From: Octopus vulgaris
Lineage: Eukaryota
Assembly: GCA_951406725.2 (NCBI GenBank)
Contig: OX597814.1
Coordinates: 23,188,001-23,252,000, forward strand
DNA length: 64,000 bases
Reading direction: 5' to 3'
Shown here: in pieces, positions 52,801-64,000 of the stretch
Layout of the letters: every line of letters begins with the position of its first letter
How positions within the stretch are numbered: the stretch's first letter is position 1
Notes under the pieces: model-generated
Database searches by the model: none
What the model was told of the DNA's origin: nothing
Seen by the model: only the letters and a program-made list of their open reading frames with translations
Translations under genes and position numbers: made by a program

Positions 52801-55205
52801 AATAATCAATGAAATAATTGAAACATGCAACTTCCTACTGTTATCCTCATATTTTGTAATTTTTTTCATTTTGTTCTCCTGTGCTTGTGTAGCATAAATA
52901 CAACAGGTTGCTGGTCAGTAATAATTGTATAGTGTTAAATCAGCAGTAAATAAACCTGGTTTTTTCATTGTTTCAGTTATTGTAGTTTCTTCCTTTTCAT
53001 CAGGTCAATAAAGAATCTCATTACCTGTAAACATCTTTGACCTGAAAGTTACTGGCTGACCAGCTTTGTTTTAAAACAGCAAACATAACCACATCAGATG
53101 CATCCACCTGACAACAAGATGACTGAATGGTCAATACTGTATAGCTATGAAATGGGGACAAATAGAAGCTGGTTGAATTTGAAGCAGCCACCAAATAAAA
53201 ATACAGTCTTAAGAACTGATTTTTTTTCAACAACACTGGTGATATTTATTCATACGAGAGATTAATACAATATTATAATGTAAAACATACTAAAAGTGTG
53301 GAATTATTTCTCACTGTATATTTACAATATTGAAATGGTGGATACAGGAATAGAAAAATTTGATTTCATTCAAATGATTAACATCCTTTGAGAACAATGA
53401 ATCATAATTTACATAAGATTTGAAATCGGTTGCATAAACTAAAATGCTTTATTTATCTGGCTTTGTCCTTTAATGGATTCCTTTATGACCTTTCAGTTAT
53501 AAATATAAATTTGATGAGGATTGTCAGAAATGTTAGAGTATCATACAAAATACCTTGTACAATTTGGAGAAAGACATTTATGGTATGAGTATCCTTCCTG
53601 AAGTAATAAAGTACCACTCAAAAACTAGATTTGATTTCGTTTAGAGCCACTAATTTGTTGCTCTGTACTCACGTTATTTTATATAAGCATAAAATAATCC
53701 TTTGTTACTAAGTTGTAATTTTGAATATGGTGAGATATTAATTTCATTTAAGTAATGCTTCTTGTCTAATTTTAAGGATAGAAATGAAATGATCAAATGA
53801 TATATAATTCTAATCACTCATGGATTGTGAGATCAAATCTATTGTAGTAATGTGTTGTACATTTGGACAGTATAGTTAATATGTGTGTTTACAATCTTTT
53901 AGGGATATGTACCATATCTTTTGCAAATGATTCTTGAAATTTATCTCTCATTCACATAATAGCATTAAATCAGTGATAATCATTGGATTTATAAATCCCT
54001 ACTGGCTCACAGAGATCTCTGAATTACATTTAAACTTACATTCGAGAAACATGTGAAATGATATATTTTATCTGGAGATGCAACATGGTGTAAATGAGAA
54101 TTTGAATTTAAGACAATTAAGTCAGTTTTGTGGCTTCTATATTTTATTTCTTCCTCAATCCCAGCAGTTGAATGATTATGGAGTTTGTTAATCAGTGAAA
54201 CACCAATGTAATCCTATTTCCATCAGGAGATAAAGGCAGAAAAAAAAACTTTCTCACTGAGACTGGAATTCAATTTGATGCCCTAGTTTGGATCCTATAA
54301 TTCATCAAATTCCTTAAGTGATTGCATTAGTGTATACTTGTAATATAGGATCTATGATTCCAGTTTGGTCTGTATAAATGAGTCATATACCATGTGAACA
54401 AGTATTAAAAGCAAAACAAATTAAATAAACAAATGTCTTTGTAAAACATAAAAATGGGATTATTGCAATTTCATTTTGTTTCAGAGAAACATCGATACAA
54501 AAACCTATTTATTGGGTCATATATGCCGCAAAGTATTAATGTAGCTGTATGCAAAGCCATATATTTCCTCAGTATTGTAAATAGAAATTTCTTTTTTAAC
54601 TACTTTGACCTTTTTGTATTTCTGTATTTGAGCCCTTTTGCAAACTTTTTGCTCACTGTTTTTTCCTGAAGATTACTTATTGCTATTTTTCTTTCTTACT
54701 CTGAATGATTCTTATTTTGTTGAATATTTTTAAGGATTCAAAGTAATGCAAAGAATTCTCAAATCCTGTTATATAGTCTACTACCCTACCAACATGCAGA
54801 CAGAGACAATTCTTTTAGCTTTTAAGAAGATTTAACAAAAACAAAAGAAAATAAATAATTAAAGAAAAAGAAAATAATAATAATATTCTTCAATCAGATA
54901 AAACCTTGCAGACATACAAATAATCTGACATAGTTCGTATTCTTACTTTTTTGTAAATAACTAAGGAATATAAAAATTGGCACAGAATTCTGTAGGAAAT
55001 GGTTAAGTTGTGAGTAATCAAAATATCCAGGTTTTATGTTGCTTTTCTTCACTCTATGACTTGTATTAGTTATATTATATGGCTGCATTCATATGTCTAT
55101 GCATGTTCAGGTGTATCATTGGGTATCACGTTTTATTTTTGTGAATTCATGTATGTATGTATGTATGTATGTATGCATGTATGTATGCATGCATGTATGT
55201 ATGTG

Positions 55206-55237
<32 letters not shown>

Positions 55238-55279
55238 TATATATAGTATATGCATATCTATCTATATAGATAGTAAATG

Positions 55280-55317
<38 letters not shown>

Positions 55318-55550
55318 CGTATAATAAGGGATGACCACAAAGTGGACATCCAATATGCTAGAAGAAGCTCATCTACGATCTAACCACACAGAAAAGAATG
55401 TTCTCTAGAGGAATTCAGCAAACACTAGAACATAAGTGGGTAAGACATCTGTCTGCATGTATTACAATTATTCTGAATTTTCAGACTTTTCTATATGCTA
55501 GGCTACTGGTTTTAAATTGATGTTAATTAAACTAATATTCAATTTATCAC

Positions 55551-55580
<30 letters not shown>

Positions 55581-55585
<5 letters not shown>

Positions 55586-55720
55586 GCAAGAATAGTATTT
55601 AGTATTGACAGTTACTTCAGCTGGCTAAGCCATAATAAGACAGTCTGCTGATGACTTAACCAGCTAAAGCTTCACAGTTACTGTCGATAATGTTCTTGTT
55701 AAGGAATAATAAATCTGTAC
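55581..55720. repeat. Imperfect inverted repeat containing a degenerate hammerhead-like motif
   Basis: tattgacagttacttcagctggctaagccat pairs with atgacttaaccagctaaag..ttactgtcgata. gacagt..CTGATGA..actgtc, but no intact GAAA. Confidence 0.5.
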
Positions 55721-57368
55721 TCTACCAAAAGTATTGAGTAATCCTTTATTTAGTTTAGTGTAAAATTATTTTTAGTGTAGTATAAAATCAAATAATACAC
55801 ACACACACACACACACACACATACACACATACACGTGTGTGCATTGTAAAGCAAGGCATTCAATCAAAAGTTATATAAAAAGAAAAGAAAGGAATTTGAG
55901 AAGGCTGCAAGGACAGATTAGAGAATTGGATAAATTCCCTTTAGAAGATGGGAAAAAGTGGGCAGTAAGCCTCCACAGGGATCTGAACTTGACACCACTC
56001 AAATTCTAGCTGAGTACTCTGACTATTAATCTAAGAGACTCCTGACAACAAATTCTGTCTAATCCTTATGCTAAATAATAGCTTTTGGAATGTGGGACTA
56101 TTCTGTAAGTAAACTTTTAAGCATCACATGTGTTGGTAATCTATAGATTAACCGTAATCTGTAGCTTACCTCAATTCTCTAAACTGTCCACACTGTCTTT
56201 CTGCATTCACTAACTCCTTTATTTTTATAGATTACAGACGCAAATTGAAAAAAAACCCAACCCTACCCATATATGTATACACACACACATACACACACTC
56301 ACACACACACACTAATGTTCATACGTACCCCATACACAACGATGTGCATAAGAAGAACCCAAAGAATGCTTGATAGTTTCCTGATGGTATACTCCAATCT
56401 CTCCCTCCCTCTCCACTCTCTCCCTCCCTTGCCACTCTCTCCACACATTCTCTCACTCTTTTCTGTCCAACTTCTAAGTCACCATAGTAAATGTACAATT
56501 CCTAGCTCCAGTACCTTCAACAATTACACTCTTATTCCCACCAAGTAACTTCCAGTCTCTGGCCCTTCTGATGTCATTGTTTCTTCTCATATTCCAACTT
56601 CATTCTATGCACTTTAGATTACTGAATATTGTCCAGATTTACTCACTGGAATGCACCCCATCACTCATGCCAATGCAATGATGGAGCTTGCTGTACACTC
56701 TCTACTAGTGAATGGTAAGTGGAATTGCTTCCCAAGGGTGGGTACCATGAAAAGCATCTAGCACATGACAGATAAGTTGATAACATTTAAAATTGAAAGC
56801 TCCTTTTAATCCTGTCTTGCTAAGGTTTATTCAACTCTTGGTTTCAGGGGATGAAAAAAATGCACCCACTACACTCAGTAAAGTGGTTGGCAATAAGAAA
56901 GGTATTCTGTTGTAGAGGCCAAACAAAAAGACACATTATAGGCATCTTTACAATCTTTAGGAGCAGTGGCTCATAATAAGCAATGGCTCAGATTGTGAAG
57001 AACCATCCAGCTCATGCTACTATTGAAAGTATATATAAAGTTTAAATGATCACACACACACACACACACACACATGTACATACTCACAGACAGTCTTATA
57101 TATAGATATATTGTTTGTGGAAGGCAGATTCAGTCAAGGGTTTGACCAAATAGCTTGCACAATTTACATACATTTACTAAGTTCAAATATTGCTAAAGAT
57201 ATTTTCATCTGTTATTATTCTGAATGATTAAAAATATTACAATTAATACCTTGAGAGTTAATTTTACACCTTTCCTATAAATTTCTGGTTTAATACAATG
57301 TGGAAATAATTAGCTAATTAAAATAGTATATACCTGTACATGTTTTCTCTCTACCAAATTAACTATCA

Positions 57369-57404
<36 letters not shown>

Positions 57405-57922
57405 TACATACCTGCATACATAAACACCTTATGTGTAACTGTGAGCATGATTATGCCTGTCTGTGTGTATTTTATCACCATTAGTTAAATTCAGATTCTC
57501 AAGAGTTGACACAAAATTTGAGATATTATATAGCACCATGTCCAACTTCTTTTTTTTTCTCAAACTTGATAATTACCACATAAAAACTTTAATTTCATTA
57601 TTTGAAAAAGTTGTTACAAAAATAATTATCTAATTTAATGTTGACAAAATAGTTTGATCATTTTTCCCTGTTTTTTTTTTGTTTTTTTGTGATGTGTGTT
57701 TTCTAGAATAGTTTATAGAAATGAATTATCATCCAAGAAATGTTATTAATAATGACATTCATTAATCATTTGTCAAAAAAAATTTTATTAAAATTTTCAG
57801 TATATTTGTTAATGTTTTTTTTACAATAAAATGCATTGCTTGACAGTGTTTTATAATTATTTCTGTACTTTGGTTTCCATTGTTCTCACTCTTGAGTATG
57901 TTCAACTAATCATGCAGATTAT

Positions 57923-57980
57923 ACTATACTGACGAAGCCTAGTAGACTGGAAGTCTAGTTGACTGAAATATGTTCAGAGT
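57923..57980 (+). ncRNA. Candidate minimal type I hammerhead ribozyme
   Basis: actata CTGACGA agcctagtagact gga agtctagttgact GAAA tatgT T cagagt. Both core boxes intact, 10/13-bp stem II, eroded stem I. Confidence 0.55.
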
Positions 57981-58288
57981 TGTCTCATATCTGTGAGATC
58001 AGTCTTACTTTTCCCCATTTAGAAGATTAATTCTTAATTTCTTGAAATATCTTTCTTTTCTTTGGGGAGTAGCAAATACTTGTGTTTAAATCTACTGAAA
58101 CGTATGAATAATGAATATATAAATCATTGTTTCAGATCTCACTCTACATAGTGCACAAAATATTTTTATTGGTTGTATTAATGTCAAACATGACTTAACT
58201 CTCAAATGTCTCAGGTCACAAAGAAAAAGGTGTCACCATCCTATGTATAACTCATCTCTGTAAGAGGCTGCAGCACTGTTAATTAGAC

Positions 58289-58820
58289 CAGTGGTTCCCT
58301 AAGTGGGTGATACTGCCCCCCTCCACTCCCTGTGGATGGCAGAAAGATTAAGGTGGTGAGCTGGCAGTAACGTTAGCACACTGGGTGAAATGCTTAGCGA
58401 AATTTCGTCTGCCGCTACGTTCTTAGTTCAACTTTGCCTTTCATCCTTTCGGGGATCGATTAAATAAGTACCAGTTACGCACTGGGGTCGATGTAATCTA
58501 CTTAATCCGTTTGTCTGTTCCTGTTTGTCCCCTCTATGTTTAGCCCCTTGTGGGCAATAAAGAAATAAGAAAGATCAAGAGAGGTGTTAAAGAAAAGTGG
58601 GGCAATAATAGGGTGGCCAAAAGGGAGCAATGGATGTAACAACCCACACACCCACCCCTAAAATGGGTTAATTAGGTTAAGTTTTATTTGTGAAATACTG
58701 CTGATTTGAATTTGCTGCAGAAAGGGGTCTACGTTTGTGGAACTGAGTTGGGTGTGGGGCACTAAGAATGTGGCTCAAGTATCAAGAGTGAAGCAGCCCA
58801 ATAAAGTTTGGGAACCACTG
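58289..58820. mobile_element. hAT (Charlie-like) non-autonomous element
   Basis: TIRs cagtggttccc / gggaaccactg. 8-bp TSD aattagac / aattagat. Confidence 0.85.
58350..58567 (+). mobile_element. SINE family B nested in the hAT element
   Basis: Flanked by duplicated agaaagat. Confidence 0.88.
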
Positions 58821-60504
58821 AATTAGATAAGTGCCTTGTTGGCCATGAGTGCTAAAACGTTATCCTTTAAACCTTTAATGTTATGAGCAAGTCTGTAAAG
58901 CTCCTCTCATAGTACAAGAAACATGCAGTAGAAAACTTAATGAGTGTTCCTGCTCAAATTAATTTCAATCAAAAACTTCTCAGTATTCCACACTACCAAT
59001 AAATCGTAATGACGTCAATAAAAGCTTGCTACAACTGTAACTTGGGTGTAAATCTCACGATTTTTGGAGTGAGTGGGAGATTACAGTAAGGAAATTAATT
59101 TTAGATTGAGAATTCTTTGTCATAATTCGTAGTGTTTTTGTTAAGGAAGATTGAAAAATTCTTTCTTATGATTCATAGCTTTTGCTAATAATGAACTTAA
59201 AAATGTTAAATGAACAAAACGTTGTGAATCAGTAATAAACTATGTTATACAGTAGACTCCTTTTTTGCTTAGCATATATGTAGTGAGTGTAGGAAAAAAA
59301 ATGAAGAAGAGGTAAAATTCAGAAAAAAATACCATATGAAACAGAGCTCTAGTTGATCTCCCACAAATCCTCATTGTGCTATTGCAAAAAAAAAAAAGAC
59401 TATAAGGAACGTTGGATAATGTTGTTCTGGATATACCTAAAAAAGGTTGGATGGTTTTTGCTAGTGTGCTTGAGCAGGGTTGACTGTGGATCACACAACA
59501 AAAATTATAAACTTCCAGTATTCAAAATATGTCTTGATTTAATCATATTTTCAGCATATTTGTTAATGAATAAATGAATAAGTAATACTGTGCATAGAAG
59601 CAGCCAGTCCTAGTGTTACCTTCATCAAGACTCATGCAATTTACTCTTCTCTTCTGCTCTCACCTCACATCATCTTTAGGCTTCTATCAATCATCATGCA
59701 TAATCCATACTACTCAGAACAACCAAGTCTCTTCTTTAGAATTTCCTCTCTGTTAATAATTTTCTTACAATTGTCAGCCTTCAAATGTTCAAGATCATTA
59801 CCATGTTGGTCTCAGTGGTCTTAGAGAGCAGGCTGAGGTCATGTGCATTAAACCATTAAGAAACCGAATTTAAAATGGAAAACAATGTTTTTATGTGAGA
59901 TACAAAGATTTCGTTAGTGTATATTGGATGTGAAACTTGTATATGACACATCATTTCCTTGTGATACAGAATATTTCTCTATGTGATATAAGATATCAAA
60001 ATATGTATAGTTTATTTAATAGTCATATACATACCTGCAGGGAACGTTATTATCAAATATACTTTTACAGAATTATCCGAAACATTAAGGGAACAATATT
60101 CTTTGAACACATTTACATCAGTACACGATATGTAGCAACCATTAACTCAATATTATGACGATACTCTACAATATATTATTATATCTCGAAGACTAGCACT
60201 TACATGTGACACTTTTAGACAGTTTAGTACCCCAATTTACTCAATCAAAAGTACTTGTTTTCTATCATGATAATGATAGAAGATAGAAGTTACTGTCCTC
60301 TCTAAGTTCCCTGTCTTTAGCAATGCTTGTAATAGGTTAAAAGTTTCCCTAAGATAGATGATAGAATGTCAAAGACACTGGCAGTTATAAATGTATGGTG
60401 TCAGTTGGCAAAATTGAATTCACTCAAAAATGGTAATTTTCCATCAGTGAATCTTCTGATATTATACATACATACATACATACATACATACATACATACA
60501 TACA

Positions 60505-60557
<53 letters not shown>

Positions 60558-60566
60558 CATATATAA

Positions 60567-60617
<51 letters not shown>

Positions 60618-61390
60618 AATACATTCATACACATACATGCATATCATGTATATATATGCATGTGTGTGTGCGTAAGTATATGCAGAGAGAGAAGTGAAGG
60701 AAGAGACATATATATCCTATGTAACAAGTGTGTGTAGATACATGTATATATTTATGTATACGTGTGCATTTATTGGCATGAGTGGATGTACATGTATACA
60801 GGATTTTCTTTCCTTTACAGCATTTGACTATGATAAATGTCATATGAATCTAATCACACAGTTTCCTCGCATATTCTGTCTAATGCTATAGCAGTAAAGA
60901 TATCCCAAAATGTTAGGCTTATGTTCCTTAGTGATAAATGTAATATGTTCCAACAGTAAAGAAAAGAGCTGCAATTTAAGCCTTATACAAGGAAATATGA
61001 ACAAACTAGTGTGCTCACGATAAGGATACATTTATTTATCAAAATATATTCTTCACACATATTTTCACTTTCATTTTCAGCATTAAAGTGCAGCTTAAAA
61101 TTTGGTTGACTTCAATATATTAAGTGTATTAGTAGTGTTGTACAGATTTCACTCTTTCACAATACCAAATTGATTGTAGTACATGATATATACACATTAT
61201 ATACACATTATACCAAAGTAACAACAAGTGTGGATTATAAAAGAACAATAACTAAATGCAAGCATATCTGCGCAGTTAAGAAGTTTGCTTCTCAACCGCA
61301 GGTTTTGAGTTCAATCTCACTGTAAGTTAGCTTGGACCAAAAATCTCTTTTACTATTGCTCCAGGCTGTGAGTGGGTTTGGTAAGTGTCG

Positions 61391-61437
<47 letters not shown>

Positions 61438-63280
61438 TTATGTCTCCTTGTGTTGATAGATTTAACTGAGTATTACTATCATGCAAGTAGTATCATACAT
61501 TTCCAGTCCTTCTTGAAAACATGTCTGGCCTTGTGGAAATATCAGGCTGTGTAAAAAGTAAGTAAGGTTTTGAAACATGAAATTCATCACAATATATTTC
61601 AACAATGCAGAAATTGTATTCATCAAAGTAAGTACCACTACAACCAATACATTTTTGCCAATACATATATATAATAAAATGAATGGTTTACATAAGAAAT
61701 CTATGCTAGATGTGTCGAAACAATTGTCGTGACTAATAATAAATCCTCGTATATTACATATATAAATACACACACACACACACATGAAGGACTTCTACAC
61801 TGTTGACTGAAGTACAGAAACATTTGGTTGTGAAAGAAGATTATTAGCCATGTAACCATATCTACATGAATTGAGAATTCTTCATTAAATATGTAGATTT
61901 CTTATTTTAGTGCTCCACAGTTCAACATTTATATATATGGAAGTATAGTTATATTAGCTGATCTAATTGGGAAAGCAGGAGGAAAATTTCAAAAGTAAGG
62001 ATAGAAATATACAATATTTCAGATAATAATTGTAAAAGTAAAAGTTATGTAACATTTTCATTTATTGTTACTTTGTTGAAATTGATGTTGAATGAAGTCT
62101 GTTAGCTGTGCAGAAGCTGAGCAAGATATGGAAGAAATCAGTCAATTGCTTAGAGCAACCCACATTACAGGTGAACTGAATATACCATTCTTCAGTTTAT
62201 TCTGGGATCACATTCAATATTTTTTTTGATGAATTTTTTGGCTTATATAATAATTATCAGGACTTGGGGCAACTACTTTCCATTAAATCTTATTATATAA
62301 CTACCGTTGTTGTTGTTCTTGTTTAACTTAAGTCCTCTTTGACATAGGGGAAAAAAATTGATCAAAATCGTCATTGGAGCCTCAGCCACTCTCTGTTTGT
62401 ATATGAAGGAATACATTGTTCAGTGTGTCCTTGATTTTGAGATGGTATGGTTTTGTTTTGAAGATGATTTAGTTGGTATTTCTAATATGTCAGGTGGCTA
62501 CATAGAGGCTCTATCATTGGTTCAGTGTAAATGAACCAGTACAAGAATGAACCAGCTATGGAGCTTCTACTTTTACCAACCAAAATTTATCTAAATATGG
62601 TATTTCAGCGCTCCAGTATTGGAGAGAAAATCGAGTCTTGAACTGTGATCTTTATATGTTAAGTATTTTAGAAATTTTTCTTTCAGTGTGAACATACTTT
62701 ATTGTGCTGTGGCCAACCCATTACTATGTGACAATATTTAACATTTAGTGTAAGGATGAAATGGTAACAAGTTTCAAAGATAATATTTTTGGCTATCCAA
62801 ATATAAAAGCATAAAAAAGAAACTTCAAAATATTAGAACTTTAAAAATTCGATTTTGATAAAGGTTTATTGAAAACATTGCTTTGATGCAAATTGTTATT
62901 TTTTTTCATCTCTTCATTCTTCCTATTTCAATTTTCAAGATCTTAGAAGTAATTTTTTTACATTTTTTTTTTTTCGTTTTGTTTTCCATTCTATTCCTTT
63001 ATTTCTCATCAATTTTTATATAGTTTTCAGAAGAATTTGGGAAAGGAAAGAAATCATTGTTGTAAATCTCTTGTGATAATACTTTTTAAATATTTTTTTG
63101 CTTTGAATCAAGAGGCTAGCTAACATGTAAAGAGAACCTAGAATATTACTTTAAATTGGTATTATGTGACTATATTTTTTAAATTAATATCCTCTTTACT
63201 GTTTATTGGAAAAGGTTTAAAGGAGAATCTGATAAGATTGTTTTTATAAATTTCTGCTTTTGTTTATATTACTTTTTCAG

Positions 63281-63334
63281 AAGGATAGGTCTGTTGCCAG
63301 TCGATAAAGATTCTCTGAGAGTAAACCAATGGGA
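63281..63334 (+). CDS. Candidate 54-nt exon (phase 2-2)
   Basis: ttactttttcag|AAGGAT...TGGGA|gtaagt. Only one frame is open: RIGLLPVDKDSLRVNQW. Confidence 0.3.
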
Positions 63335-64000
63335 GTAAGTATAGTGTTTACAGCAAGTTATGTTTCTCTGCTTCATTCCTTTTATGGCATTTGAATACAG
63401 TGGAAAAGTCAGCAAATTTCTGTGAATTACTGGTTATGACCAAAGTATTTCTTAATACAAATAGTTAGTTCACAGGCATGGTCATGTGGTTAAAAAGCTT
63501 AAATCAAAATGCATGATTCCAAGTTCAATTCTATTGAATGTCACCCTAGTTACATGAAATCTTCTACACTCAAGCTGACCAATGTGTGAAATTTGGTAAA
63601 TGGAAACTGTACAGAATCTCATTGTATGTATGAATTCCTGGCCTTGGATGAAATTAATGTTCATTGTAAGATATTGAACTATTCTGCTTCCACAATAAAG
63701 CTTTACTTCACAAATACTGAATTAACTCTTTCTCAGTGTCACAGTTTCTGGTATGACCTAATTAGTTTTCTGTGTATGTGTGTGCTTATATGTGTGTATG
63801 TCAGCGAGGGTGTGAGTGTGTGTGCATATGTGTGTAGTGGTGTTGGATGTTAAAGTTACTGTGTTCATGAACAATGCTGTGTTCTAGTTCTTTCTTTTAT
63901 CTCAGTTAATTTTACCCTTTGTCTTTCATAAGAGCAATAAAATATGTACAAAGTACTGGGATCAATATCCACTATAAGGCCTAGTCCGTTTTGTGATGCG

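Noticed and set aside
62106-62170. Protein-like segment CAEAEQDMEEISQLLRATHIT
   Set aside because: Weak acceptor and donor, and phase incompatible with the neighbouring candidate exon.

Overview
AT-rich eukaryotic DNA dense in (TA)n, (CA)n, (TACA)n and (TAA)n microsatellites, tRNA-derived SINEs and LINE remnants. The repeat complement suggests a cephalopod (octopus) genome; this is an inference, not a database match. No intact host gene is evident. Nearly all listed ORFs are microsatellite or transposon artefacts, and only a few short candidate exons remain. Recognisable elements: a full-length but frameshifted mariner (40027-41317), a hAT MITE, Tigger/pogo and Helitron relics, RTE, CR1 and R4/Dong-like LINE fragments, and at least four SINE types. 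The most notable signal is a set of Penelope/retrozyme-type type I hammerhead ribozyme motifs. Three lie in a tandem-plus-inverted ~340-bp repeat at 20.0-20.8 kb, one with an intact core lies at 41.5 kb, and three more are at 51.0, 55.6 and 57.9 kb. Also notable: a pile-up of (TAA)n-associated retroelements at 16-18 kb, SINE domain shuffling, a SINE/LINE shared 3' tail, and a variable-copy hairpin array in an RTE 3' UTR. Coordinates were read by eye, and boundaries of decayed elements are approximate.
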